The notes under the pieces: generated by a model
The model's database searches: none
What the model was told of the DNA's origin: nothing
The model's input: the letters and a program-made list of their open reading frames with translations, nothing else
Part shown: one piece after another, positions 13,001 to 26,500 of the stretch
Layout: each line of letters begins with the position of its first letter
Position numbering within the stretch: the stretch's first letter is position 1
NCBI GenBank assembly: GCA_964199315.1
Contig: OZ116703.1
Coordinates: 806,001-870,000 of the forward strand
Direction of reading: 5' to 3'
From: Orbicella franksi
Lineage: Eukaryota
DNA length: 64,000 nucleotides
Translations under genes and position numbers: made by a program

Positions 13001-15314
13001 GGACTGAAATACGGCGAAGGACTTACCCTTTGAGATTCAAGACTGGCATTACCATTATAGTAACCCGCACCATAGTCTTCTTTGAATTTTTGTTCGTTGT
13101 ATATGTCGTGACTTTCTTCTTCAATGTGGGACATGGCTTTGTCCTTAAACGATAAAAGCGAGACTCCAGAAGTAGCTTTGTTTAATCTCATATCAGATTG
13201 GATGGCGAGTTTTAGAGCTGCGTTAAATTTTGCATCAGAACCAAGTCCACTCTCGTTAGAATCAGATTCATCCTCTGGATGCACGAAACCTTCCAGGCCT
13301 GAGTTAGTGGTGTCGCTACTACCTCCAAATTTCTCCGACACTGTATTATAAATTTCCCCTTCTTTTAAGGCGGTTGTTGCCCCATACTTCTTCCAGCGTG
13401 GAGTTGGCCTTACAGCTAATCCAGGTTTACTGTGTATAAGTTCTGGATTGGCCAAGAAAGCATTTTCAAAATAGCTCGATTTATCTGGGGCTCCTAGCAG
13501 AAACATGTCATTAGCGTTAAATCGCGGTTCGTTTTCCATCTTGGTATTGTATCCAATTCCTTCATTTCTTTCCTTAACAATGGAAGCTTCTTGTTTTACA
13601 TCTTTCAGAGGGTATTCTCCAGTCGACGCGCTTCCCTCGCTGTGCTGACCACCAGACTCAGATTTTAAACTATTCTTCAATGTTTTCAGGCTTATCGATT
13701 TAGCTTGATTTCGGAGAGCATCTAAATCATTTATATCGTCCGATATTCCCACCAACTGTGGTCGTATGAGCGAATTCAGGAATCTGTAGCGAGAGCGAAG
13801 TTTAAGCTTTGCCCTTTGGAGTTCATGTTCTCCTTGAGTTGGAAGATAATAACGCAAGGTTCTCTGTGTATCTCCGACACTTCGATCCGGGTATTTCAGT
13901 AGTTCGGTTAATCTCGAGTCATGAGACCTCGAGGAGTTCTCCAGAAGCGATGCAGCATTCACAATCTTTGTTCCCTCCACTGAAGCTGCACCGTACTTGT
14001 CCATATTTGAGGTCTCTTTTCCAAATTCGCGATTTCCAAAACCCCTACCTTCCGCACCGGGTTTCGGTCCTTCTAGTACAAGTGCTGGTAACGATGCTTC
14101 TTCGTTCTTGTTTGAACCGTTTCTGTCACCAGGTTTGTCCTTCATTATTTCAGGATGAACAAAATACTTATCAAGGATGTGCATCCGAGTTTTCCTGGCA
14201 CCAGTCTCTTTGATCCCTTCCTTTACATTCTTCTTAGTTTCAATTCTCCCGGTCGAATCTTTTAATCTCACGTTCGCGGATCGCACCTGCGCTGATCCAT
14301 TGCGTACAAAATGGATTCTTTGTTTCGCTCGGTATTCATCTTCAAATGAATTGTCTCTTATCAAGATGTTTTGTGTCCCTGAAGTAAATCTACGATCGCT
14401 GGAATCAGATGCAACAATCTGGTCCGTTGAAAGATTGCCATTTGTTGCCAATGCAGTTCCTAAACAAGCAAAACAAAAGCACTCTCTAAAAGACAATATG
14501 GACACCGTTGTGCCACATAAATAGGTTTGTGCAGTACAAGAATGTTGAATGTTTTCGGCCAGTTGTAGAGTGAACAGAATGCACTCTGTAATTTAACGGA
14601 ATGAAGTTTTAGGTTCTTTCACCTCTAAAACTGAGTACGCTCTCTATGACAGCCAAAATGTGAATAAACAGTTTAACATTAGGTTTTTTCTCAAGCAACA
14701 CAAACTATAAATTATATGATGAGATTGCCAGCTTTCACGTGTGGTGCTTCCAAGCTGAGTGGTTTCGGCATAACCTTTTGTTTATTGTGAATATTGTTCG
14801 AATATTGGGGTTTGTCTTGATGTGAAGAGAAGGGGTTTCTTTTTCAACTGTTTTCACACTGTAAAAAAGCGTGTAAAAATCTTTAAATGGTTGCTTGGTA
14901 TTTGTCCAATGAAAATGGCAATAAAAACAAAGTGTTAAAATCTCATTTTCAAATAAAAAGAGAACGTAGTTCAGTAAAAGCGCACTCAGTATTTGTGTGC
15001 GAGTAAGTCCGTATTACAAACTTCCATTAACTATTTCTGTCACTACACCGACTCTTGGGTAAATATCGCATGCACGTGCGCAAAGTTTTTCTTTGTATTC
15101 CACTAGCTTTATGTGGTAAATTCAATCAAATACTGATCTGATTACGTATGAGATATCAAGAACTTGGAAACAAACTAGAGTGTACTGTTTTAAAAACCTC
15201 AAACGTTCAACAATCTTAATTAGAAGAGGCTTGAAATTTCTACTAACCTGCCAAAGCACTCAGCAACAGGCAAGTCATAAGAGTACTCCTTAGCAACCAG
15301 ACGTCGTGGGCCAT
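10054..15314 (-). CDS. Gene B: secreted ~924-aa protein: signal peptide + long disordered Ser/Gly/acidic stalk + C-type lectin domain + SGNH/GDSL hydrolase
   Basis: Exons 15248-15314 (MAHDVWLLRSTLMTCLLLSALA), 12768-14459, 11795-12178 (CPSGW...FCYLF...YIGL...WTWID...C...C...YICE, CTLD pattern), 11150-11356 (ILAFGDSLT, block I) and 10054-10478 (ILAGTND block III, GLH block V). All junctions are phase 1 and in frame. Confidence 0.8.
10760..11108. mobile_element. MITE-like element in a gene B intron
   Basis: Degenerate terminal inverted repeats CCCGTATAAAAAGAACGGGGCGGCTCG versus CGAGTGCTCCCGTCCTTTTTATATAG. Confidence 0.45.
11393..11706. mobile_element. MITE-like element with (GACTGCA/G)n subterminal heptamer repeats
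   Basis: GGGTAAAATACAGACTGCAGAC versus GTCTGCAGTCTGCATTTTACCC, plus an upstream GACTGCG array. Confidence 0.6.
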
Positions 15315-15825
15315 GTTCCTGATAACAATGTTATTGACTTCAACACCAGTCAATAACTCCACGGTTGGAACGGTAAATTCAAACAGTGTTTCTTAGGTTG
15401 AATAGAAAAAATATAATACCATAGATGTGACTAACGTAAACCTTTGTTGATTACATTGTCTCTCCAGTGCAAGATATAAAAGGTCTTTTCTTTCTAGTCA
15501 ATGTGCTTGAAGAAAAGATCCGAAGCTGAATTGTCAGTATATATCTTAACAAAAGTGCAGAGTCCCAACAATTCTAAATATGTCATAAAACGTTCGACAG
15601 TGGATTTTTTCTTTCTGCTCCGATGCACAAGGATTACCCTTGCAAGTTTGCGACTTCTGGTAATGCTTTTTAGAGGTAAATATTTTGTTACGAAATTTAA
15701 ACCATGTGGTTATTGGAATAAGAAACCTGCCTCCTTGAGAGAATATGGCAGGTAAATTTTGACACAGTTGTCACATGCTCGATTATGCGTGTCGACACAA
15801 GAAAGATCTAAGAGCTCTTAGATCT

Positions 15826-16423
15826 TCAAGTTGATCTAATGGCATTCTTGTAACGTATTTCGCCGCCGAGTAGTGAAGAGCAATGACAGATCACTTGTAG
15901 CGTCTGTGGTCGTTGAATCTGGGTGTAGGTTTCGCTTCGGTTTTCTTGTTTAATTTCATCTTGTAGTTTTCTGGAGAGGCCCGGTTGTTGGAACTTGGAG
16001 ATGAAGGATTCGAATCTGTTATTGTCCCTGTGTTGTGCTTTGGGGCGAGACAGATAAATAAAGGGGCACTGGTCGTACTAATTGACGAAACAACCTGGAA
16101 AACCTTCGGGGACACCCTGCGGTGACGGGCGAGGCATCCCGAGGGAGTATCTAATGATGTTCTTTTTCAGTGCTTCTACTGATGCCATAGACACAAGGCG
16201 AAATTAAGACACAGTCTTTCACTAAGCATTAATCGTAGACTGCAAGCAGCCTTCTCCAAACGTGCGGCGCGAATACTAGAATGCCTGAACTAATAAAAGC
16301 ATTGATCCAGACAATGTTCTACTATAATGACAAACTTCTGAACTAAGAATTCTGTAAAATGATAGTTAACATTACCGTTAACTCTTTTCTCACTGACGGG
16401 TGGTCCATCACTCGCATCTTTAG
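15826..16423 (-). CDS. Gene H (partial): probable 3' exons of another small orphan gene
   Basis: Symmetric 48-bp exon 16376-16423 (KDASDGPPVSEKRVN, donor GTAATG) joins in phase 1 to terminal exon 15826-16037 (QHRDNNRFESFISKF...NAIRST*). The start exon was not found. Confidence 0.35.
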
Positions 16424-18051
16424 CTGGTGATAGCATATAAATTCTTCTTATTGGTTTCCATATGATTCTTTGAGCACTAGTTGGGAGAATTTGACAGGTA
16501 CCAAGACAATTCTTATCTTCCTTTACTCTAGTAACCTGCATGGCTGACTTTGTAATTATATTTTGGGGTCAAATCAAATGTTTACCACTGTCATCGGAGA
16601 TAACGACGAGCCGAGAATTAAATCACTGGTGGGGAATTCAGGTTGCACGGAAATTTCTCTTGAACATCACCGTTAACTCTCTTTGCCATAATCCATGCAC
16701 TTCAGAATTTCAAGTGATGAAAGTTTACAACAAAAATACAAGGTTGCCTTGGACTGGGTGAGCGGCGGAGAGAAAATCTTTGGCTTAATAAAGTTCAGCA
16801 CGAAGACACCTCGTTGACTATTAACTTTGAGGCAAACGTTTTTCCGTCCATCCCGATTTTATTATAACCTTTTCTCAATCATAATTTGATTTGGGAAGTC
16901 AAGCAAAAAACTGTCTTGGGAGGCAGAAACTGTTACATCCTTAATTTGAAGCGTTTGGTCACTGTTTTTTGTTTTTTGTTTTTTTCTTTTTTTTTTTTTT
17001 TTCTTTTTCTTTTTCTCGTGAATATTTATTTCTTCTTTTCTTTATTTTCAAAAACACTCCATGTATCACAATTAAATCCCACCCCAGTCCTCTTTTATAT
17101 CAAAAGGACATCAAATCAAATTGAGCCTTTTGTTTCGACAGACATATTTATTAAATACAAGTATCAAAATTTTCCATATTTACATTTTTCTATATCTAAT
17201 TTTATCCCCTAATTTTTTTCCTCCTCAGTTAACAACCCATATTTCATCCCATTGTCAGTATTCCTAAACCACGTGATTACTTGGCAGAGTCGTGTTTCTA
17301 TCCAAGTTACCATGTAACTGATTTGTCTGGAATGCATGTTACTCGTGGTTAAATGTTACAATTATATAAATCAGTGTAAAGGAACCCTGCCTTTGGTATC
17401 CTTAATACACTAAATCACTATCCAATGGCAGTTATACATACTACATATTATGACTCTCAACTTCCCTGCTGTCGTTCGAGGAGAAAAGCGTACTTATATT
17501 TACATATTCTTCAGACAACGAAGGTCTGAAAAGGGAATATCATATTATCTGAGCTGTTCGATAAGGGACAGGAAATGACCAAGCATTTCAGTATTATATA
17601 TAGGAAGTGAATTTTTATTGTCCCATTACCAAGTCCCATTAACTTATGTCTACATAATACTGAGAGTGGTGCCAGTCATATTTTGTGGCAAATATTTTTT
17701 GTCATCTTTGTTTCCACTTAACACTGCCCCGGTTTGTTCAAATAAATGCTTAAGCGACAGACTTACCAAGATAAATAAATCTTTTACGGGTATCATTTGG
17801 TTGCTGCCTGGGAACAGGGACTGGCTTTTGCGTTGCCTAACGTTATAGTTCATAAGCAACGTTGCTTACTTGATAAGTAACTGTTGCTATAGATAGCGGT
17901 TGCTAGGCAACACAAGTGCGACCGAAGCAGGTTGTGAGCGATGTTGAGAGATAAAAGTAATTGCAAGAGCTGGTCAATCATAGAAAAAATGTTTAACTAA
18001 TCTGAGGGTAGTTTGTCCGATAATTTTCAACCTTAGTTCGCATTTCTTTTC

Positions 18052-21000
18052 TTAACTTCTCTTGATGTCTTTGTGAGTTTTCTTGTGATGTTTCGAGTTG
18101 TGTAGACTCCGCTTCCACCTTTTGGCAAATGGCTTTTTCTGTAACCTGTTGATGCTATGCTCTGTTTTGAGATATTTCAAAATATCAGCTTGAATTTTAA
18201 ACAGCTTGTCCATCTTATCAAGCATTTTAGCCATAATAAATGCGTTGGCAGAATTTTCTGGTTTTGTGGGAACATCAGCCCTCTTTGCCACAGGGAACTG
18301 ATTTCCTGAGTCGAGCTTCTTGTTGGATGAGAGCGTTTTAAAAGACGTCAATTTGTGCAACTTGCTTTCCCTTGGGTCGTCATCAGTTTTGTTGATTTTC
18401 TCAGAATTTTTCGAATGATGTAAAACAGTTTTCTGGTCTAAACTCCACCGCGACCTTTCCTCCTCGTGTTGTCTTCCCAGCCTGCCTAGACGGTTTCGTA
18501 AGAAGTGACTCGTGTCAATGCGATTCCTTGAGCCTTTGAGCCAAATATTAATTTCGTTCCTTCTACGACGTCTGATGTCATTTTCAAGATCTTCGAGGTC
18601 GCGTTTTCTAATATCATCACCATCAGCAACGCCTTCATCAGCTTTGAGCTTGTGAATTCGTTTCTTTGCTCTCTGCATAGCAGAATACTTCGCTGCTTCG
18701 ATGATGGTCAAAATTTTCTCGATCTTCTTAATCTTGTCCACCTCGAGCTTTGCGACGCTTTCTTTTTTGATGTCATTTCTCAGCTTCTGTTCATCATCTT
18801 GGATTTTCTTTTTTGCTTGAGCATCGTCTGCAAATTGGTTCTTTTCAAGGCTTTCTTTCTCCTTGGTTATCTCGGCCTTTTCTTTGCTCATGTCGTCCTC
18901 ATATCGGTTGGCTTCCATTTTAGCTTGGTTTTCAATGTCATTGATAATGTGCTTCACCGAGTTTGGTGATAGACCAATCGCTTCCTCGATCTTGGACATG
19001 GCTAGACTCGCTCTTTCCGTGTCGTGCAGTTTTCTGTACGCTTCTGCAATCAGCGGATTAACTGAAACAAACAAACTGAATTAATACAGAGGTGGAAATT
19101 CTTGCACAGGAGTTTCAAATTCTCCTTCCATAACATGTCCAAATCAACCAAAAATATTTCTTTCGTATCAATCAAACCAACATATGAATTTACTTAATAT
19201 TTTCAGCAGGTTTCAAAAATACAGAGGCTGTGCTTTTGCTCATTGTACAATACGACCGTAAGCAAATCTCGTATTTACCCGGGGCTTGATACGGTGCAGC
19301 CGGAGGATAATACATTGGAGGGCTCCAAGAATACTGTGGACTGCCGGATGAGATCGCCTGACTGTTCCATGGGTAAAACGAGTTCGTGGGGTACGCGCTT
19401 GAAAGCGCCTGTTCCCCGGAATACGCCGCTGGAGGTTGTAAGTTTGCAGGACTTGGAGGAGCTGAAACCTGGGGCTGGTCCTGCAATAACATAATTTGAG
19501 AGTAATGTTATTTTCACCATATCAGGCTAAAGTTTTCGAAACAAAGCGCAAACTATATGCAGCTGATTACTTGGAGGAAGAGTTACTGAGTTTTTTTTTG
19601 GTTGATTCTGAAAAGGTAACCCGCGATCAGAATATTGTACAACGTAAGTAAGCGCGGGGTTAGTCTGGCAGAAGCGGATCGCGTCGTGCTCGTAGTTTGA
19701 AAGCGCTGTATCATAAATATGCAAAACTAGAGCTGAAACAAATATTCGACGATACAGTACCAGGATTAATATTTCTATCTGCAATTGAAAACTGAGACAA
19801 CTTCAACACGGACAACATCCACAGAGTGTGTGCAACTGAAAAACTATACAACAAACAGGCGCGAACTACACCTCAAATTTCCTAAGAACAACTAAGGATA
19901 TTTTATAAAAACAAAGTTACAATCCCCCCTTTTAATCTTTCATCTTTTGACAAAACAGATGGCATGTACCCGCTGATACTTACATTAAAAGCAGAATAAG
20001 GTGAAACCTCCGGCTTCTCAGATGCAGGGCTCTTGGGAGCAGGTTTCTTTGGCTCTGGGTGAGGGGCAAAGTTTTGCTGGGGAGCTTGAAGTTTTGGCGG
20101 TTCATAATATGGTTGCTGTGGCAACAAGTTGGGAGAATTGGACGGTGAATCAAAGTATCTTGACATAGATGCTAAATTTGGTGCCGCGACCGCGGGGTTG
20201 TACGATGCGGTCAGCGGTGCCGACTGTGGCATTAAACCATTTGATTGGCCAACAGCGGATTCGATCGTGTGTACCGGAAGTGATACTGTTTGAGCAGGTG
20301 CGACTGGTTGGGCGGGGGCGACTGGCTGATCAGGCATGACTAGTTGAACCGGCGCTACAGGTTGAACAGGCGTGACTGGTTGAGCAGGAGCGAATGGTTG
20401 AGCTGGAGCAACTGGTTGAACCGGTGCAACTGGCTGAGCAGGAGAGACCGGTTGAGCGGGTGCCACCGGTTGAGCAGGATGCTTTGTGGTAAGACCGGTG
20501 TCTTTGCTAGGCGGCTGTGGTTTAATGTGCGCCTGTTGTGCTTTTGCTTCATTACTGCTCGAGCCGTGCGCATCGGACTGAACCTTGCCAGCACTGACTT
20601 GTGAAACTGTCGGTTTCTTTGTCGGTGGAGTGTTTTCCATATCACTGAACTCCATATCTCCTGGGCTAATATCGGTGTTATCTTCCTCTGGCGAGTAGCT
20701 TGCCACCTTGGCAGCCTCAGGTTGTACGGACTCCACGCTGTGCTGGGCACTGCTCTGGGGTGGAAAGGCTGACACGCCGGTCTGAGGTGCATTGACTGAA
20801 GGAAACGAGATACTAACGTCATTCTTTTTGAAACATTGTAAAAAATGGCTAGTTTGCTGACAACACGTCAATTAAATTTACGGTTAGGGTTCTTCATTGA
20901 AGCAACAACCGTACATATGATTTTTTCGCTTGTATGCACACGGCAATAACGGTTTTCCCCGGTTCCAAAAACATATTTAGAATTTGTGCCTTAAAATAAG

Positions 21001-23534
21001 ATTCATATACTCTTCTCATTTCAGAACAGCTTTGTTTGTTTGTCCGCCAGTCATTTTAGGAATTTTCATTTTGTCCTCCAGAAAGTCTCAGTGAATAAGA
21101 GGAAATAACATCACACACTCACTTGAGTTTATTGGCTGTAGCTCCGTATTACCCTGGTAACTGGGCTGATAAGGAGGCGTCGCGCTAGTTGGACCAGCTA
21201 AACTAGCAGGTGATAACATACTAGGTGCAGAACCCACACTGGGGGGACTCATCCCTTGGAACATTTGCGGTGGATAACTAGCCGTATATGCCGGCATCAT
21301 GGGCTGATAAGCCGGTTGCGACATTCCCCCAAAATATCCAGGTGCTTGAGGAGGGTATGTAAATGGTTGTCCAAGAACCATTTGCGGCGTTGAAGCAATT
21401 TTGTTCTTTTGAGCCGCATCGAGTTCCTCCTGAGCTCGTTCCTTCGCTAGATACTTAGCGGCTTCCAGTTTGACGATCAATTTTAAAATACTCTGGGCCT
21501 CATTGACGTCTTCATCTGCAACTTTTTCGAGTTTGACGAATTTCTGCTTCTTGTCTTTGTCGTCCGTTTGATCGGCAAGTTGTTTGAAGTTTTTCTCCTC
21601 GTCTTTGAGTTGCTTCTCTAGTTTCTCGGTTTTGTGCTCGACCGTGGAGGGATTTAATCCAAGCTGGTTTTCTATGTTACTCAGTGCTTTGGCCGCTTTG
21701 ATTGCTCGTTGTAGCTTCTCGCGGGCGATAACCACAGGGTCATCTGAAGGAGCAAAAACAACATAATATATCAGCTAAATATCTGTCTCTTTTGCTTCGG
21801 TTCAACATTTATTTTGGAGCATTATTTCTATATTTCAGTAACATTAAGGTAGCACTATTACTTTGACATGGTTTAGCAAATACGTTGCAAAGACGTGGAA
21901 TGAGAGCTCTACCCTGCCACCGGTGACATCGTTCCAATGAACGAAGTGGTCAGTGGTTTGAATTTTTGCAAGAAAACTGTCATGTAAAACTAACTTAAGT
22001 GTCTAACATGCTTTAATAGCCCATTTCCGAGTTTCCTTAAGCCTCTCTATCAAAGCGAGGCCTGCTGCACGACCATTCATACGAAAATTAGTTTCATTTG
22101 CCTGTGAATGAAATCTCGTTTTCATTTAAAAGGTGGACTCGCTTTGAGAAAGAGGTTAAAAGAAAATCGGAAATGGCCTGTTCACGACCAAACTCTCACA
22201 AGAAGTACCATAAGAAATGTAAAGGATGCAGTAAAGAGACGTTGTATGTTGAAATCAGGATAATACCTTGAAGAGGGAGCTGCCGCTTTTCGCGTGCGTC
22301 GCTTTTAAATTTCGTTGCAGAGGATGTCTTATGTGCATGCTCATTGTCTGCAAAAAAGACAGCAAGAAGTTTCTTTTAGCCACGCAGTATTTGTACGTTG
22401 AGCTTACGTACCTATTCATCATTTTCTATACGTAATGGGACTCCATGTCTAACAAGTAAGAAAGTAGTAGCTAAAGCGTTAGATGTTGGATGTTAGTAAT
22501 TAGGGTTAATTATTAGCTATTATTAGGGTTAATTATTAGCTATTATCAGGGTTAGGGTACGTGTTCCGCGCTGTTCCGCCTTGCATAATTACATTATGGA
22601 CATTTCCATCTTAAATGTGCACCTATGTCACTATAACGCTGTGTTAAATCGTGAAAACATCTTAAATCTTCATCCTCATTTCAAAAAAACAGTAACTCCC
22701 TCTTCTAAGCCATCTTAACGTGAACACACTGATATGGTGGAGCATTCCTCTTGTTGGAGGACATTCTGTACATAATTACACATTTCATACTGTATCTGCT
22801 AAAATAAATTCCTTCCTGTAACCTTGATGTTTTATTTGCCCTTTTTTGGCTTTTTGTTCTGTTTCGCTGGAATCAGCGTCTTCATTGACTTCATCCTCAT
22901 CATCATCATCCTCATCTTCCCTGGGGAACTCTTCCACGGTGGGAATGCCGTATTCCTCTAGTATTGGGTAATCAATCAAATATTCCCCTAGTAGTGGGCT
23001 GTACTGCTCGAGGTTTGCTTCATCTTCATAAAGCTCTGTGACAATTCATATACAAAAGAATATTATATTAAGTAGGCCACAAGGACAATGCAAATTTTTA
23101 GAAACTTTTGTTGGCTTTGTTCCTGTCACCTGAAATATTCCTATTTAAGACTCGTTGCGTATTTGATCGGTAGTTTAAATCACAGTTGTTTCAAAAGTTG
23201 TTAAAACAACCCCGAACACAGATATTTAAGAAATAAGTAAGTATTCTTTGAAGTGCAACAGAAGCCATATTTTATTAACTCTCTCAACGATGTCGGAGGT
23301 CGCTTTACAGAGTTTAATAAGCTGAATAATTGCAATTAAAGATTCTACAAACACAAATGGTTCTTCGCTTCCGCCAGTTAGAATTTTCAAGCGTCCACCT
23401 AGAATCTCTTACTTAACCTAGGTTTTTGGTCTAGTGATGTTGATTGTGTTTCTAGACCTACCCTGAGCAGAGCTATGTCCCAGCAGAACAAAAGCGGAGG
23501 CTAATAAGACCAGCTTCAATGAAACAGAAGCCAT
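18052..23534 (-). CDS. Gene C: orphan secreted ~976-aa multi-block protein (acidic block, two coiled-coil modules, P/Q/Y-rich and PAQPV-repeat region, basic tail)
   Basis: Exons 23462-23534 (MASVSLKLVLLASAFVLLGHSSAQ), 22823-23035, 21123-21743, 19984-20795, 19279-19480 and 18052-19061 give 2931 nt in one frame and match long ORFs in the track. The donor at 22822 (GTTACA) is weak. Confidence 0.78.
20283..20478 (-). repeat. Coding 18-bp minisatellite (~11 units) encoding P[AV]QPV[AST] hexapeptides
   Basis: Translation PAQPVAPAQPVSPAQPVAPVQPVAPAQPFAPAQPVTPVQPVAPVQLVMPDQPVAPAQPVAPAQ within gene C. Confidence 0.9.
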
Positions 23535-26500
23535 AAGATATCTGTTGACAAAATGAAGAGGGCAATTAGTATATTCATTCTTGATTTGCAAGCTGGAAAC
23601 AGCTGCTGATTCAGGGTTAAGGTTAAAGTAAAAACAACGCCACTCCCCTCCACTATGAGATATTCAAAATGCAGGAAAGGCTTTTTTACAAGACCCCTCA
23701 GGTAGTGACACACCTTTGGAGCTCGCGCTTACAACCCCTCCCACCCCTCCCTCTCTCCATAAAATAAGGAATCCGCCCCTACTTTCTCTATGAAAAATTC
23801 CTTTCGTGTTTTCGCCACAGGCATTAAGCTCATTATGCAAAGCCCGCTATGTTAACCGTCTGTGAAGAGTTTCTTCACCAAGCCATCCATAGCATTTTCC
23901 GCTCAGTGAATCGAACAATTTTGGTGATTCGCTTGATCAACCAGAAAGCTTTGCGTGTTTATCTTCTTTTAGACCGTAAATTAACAAACTGCTTGTGGAA
24001 TTCAAATAGCGGAACACTACTTGTAAAAACTTCAGATACGTTTGATTACATGCTCTTAGCTCATGTACTATGGTCACGGAAATGAATGAAGAACAAATTT
24101 CAGCTTCGTTCACAAATCGGAACAATATTACAGCCAAATTACTTTACGTCTTGCGGGAAAACTATCTTGAAAACAAGTTAAATTTCTTCTTGTTTTCGAA
24201 CAGTTAAAACTCGTATCTTATTGGTACATGTTTTTAAACTTAAAGCATAAGGGCGTGTCAAATCACTGGAACCAGAAAAACCGCGATCCTCATTGATTTT
24301 AAAATGACACTAGCACAATAACGAGGTCATGAAATAAAACAATCACAAACGTAATTGCATCTGATACGATAAAAGGCCTAAAATTCTTCGGTGAAGAGGA
24401 GATGTCATCCGAACGAGAAACCTAACCCACTGTCCAAAAGTACGTTTTGTGTTGGATCTCGTTTAGGCTATTTGAGGGTCTTACGAAATGAGATTACTGA
24501 CAAACGAAAAATGTCCTAATTGACAGCTGATAAATGGACCAAGATTTTAACTGACGAAAATTAACTCGTGCATACTGAAAACCGACAGAAGAAAAAGTTA
24601 AATATTACACGGCGACAAGATGATTGACATTAGTATTGCTCTACCTGAAGTTTTTTTTCTGCAAAATTAACCCCAATTAATTTGCGGAGCATATCGCGGG
24701 AACAATATGGTAATTGGTAAATCCCTTAGTCTGTTTTGAGGCTCCATTAGTAAATGGCTGACCTAAACAACACCTGTTTGAATTTCAGAGAAGTGTCGTC
24801 GGATAGTTCATTGCCTTGACAAGTCCATGCACTTAGCAATTTCAAAACAAAAGATCTTTCTGTAACCTACCGTTCCCAGTCCAAACAAGTTTAGCTAATT
24901 TCTGTTTCGTCAATAGAACAAACGTTCTGCAGACTTCAGAACCATAACTTTCCTTCACATGTTGGAAATTCTCTAAGTCTGTCACAATCAGACATTTAAG
25001 GGTGGATAGATTATCACTAATTCTTTTGTCAGAGAATAATTTCTACTGAAACCAATTATGAAACGATCCAAAAATTGTCTTATCCAAAATCAAAGTTGAG
25101 AGGAAATTGATCAAACGGACGGCCAATTGTTTTCAGTATATTGCTCTGTCAGGGACTACTTTGAAAACCTTTCATTGAATATGCTGGCAATGAATTACCA
25201 AGGACAGCAAGCTCCAGATAAAACATCGCAGAGTTATTAAATGGAAGTGCGAAATCGAATGCTCGACCAAGCGCACAATTTATTTCACTACAGTTTTGGA
25301 AGCGAAACCCTCCGGACTGCAGAGGCTTTTGATAAACTAGTTGGCAGAAAGTTGATGTCTGGGCTTAACAATGTGCCAGTTGTTCCGCAGCAACTAAAAT
25401 TGAGGAGCAGCACTTAAAAATACTTTATGCCTCTAAACTACGAGCATTATCAATCGAAAATCACGACGTATGGGTGAGCAACCATGATTTTGGGAACACC
25501 TCAACACTAAGACTCAATGAAGTGAAATAATCACTTACCCGTAGAAACCTCAACCGTATGTCATGTTACGACACCAACAAGTGTAAAAATACACGTTTGA
25601 ATCTCAAACCCCAAGAAAACAACCTTTGCTGCGAAGCAAAAACACGATCCCAAACGACTAGGACATTTCTCGATTCTTCGTGCTCGGGTTTTGCCTAAGG
25701 ATTCTCCATTTTGTTTCCACCTTTTGGTGTAAAAAGATGAACTCAGAATGCTATATGGGTTGAGATCATCATTCAAATTAACCAATCACAAGACGTGAGT
25801 TAAAAGAGCACTGTTTTGCTTGTTGATCCGCGGGAATTAGACCAGTCAACCAGAGGAAAACATCACACCTGTTGTTTGGATTGGAAATCATCAACAAAAA
25901 TTAAGTTTGTTTTGAGAACGTTTTCAAGCGCGTTAAACCATCATTTTAAAGAGAGTGAAACGGTCCGCGCGTTTCGACTATAGCGCAGGGCCGCAAGACA
26001 TTTATTTTAGAGCTGAATTCTCAACTCGGCACATACAAATGATTGAGGTAAATTGTAATTGAATGTTTGTTTTTTCATCCCCGATGTCAACACTTTTTGG
26101 TCTTTCCACACACACTTTTTTGACTACTAATTTGTTTGCGAGAATATCTTTTTGAAGAGGGAGGCGAGGGGCCATGGCCTACAGGTTAGCGCGCTCAATT
26201 AGGATCAAGTGGTGTAAGTTGGAGCCTTGATGGGCTCATAGCGTTGTACCAGCCAGGTGTATAGATAGGCACCGGCGAACTTAATGCTGGCTGATATCCT
26301 TGCGATGGACTAGCGTCCGATCTCGGGGAGAGTGGAAATACACCTAATCTCTTTATGCATGCTGCACGAATTCAGTGTAAGAACTAACTAAGCGCTTCAG
26401 TGACAACCGTACACCTCGAGCAGGACGATCTCCTGTCGCCATACAAGACACCACTGAAGCTATTTCAACCCTCGGAATCGTGAAAAATTATGTTTTGTAG

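Noticed and set aside
14460-14505. ORF-track N-terminus MSILSFRECFCFACL as the signal peptide of gene B
   Set aside because: It starts at GTG and is the intron polypyrimidine tract. The real ATG and signal exon are at 15248-15314.
22490-22560. GGGTTAGGG telomere-like sequence
   Set aside because: Only 1-2 units inside a short tandem duplication; not an interstitial telomeric array.
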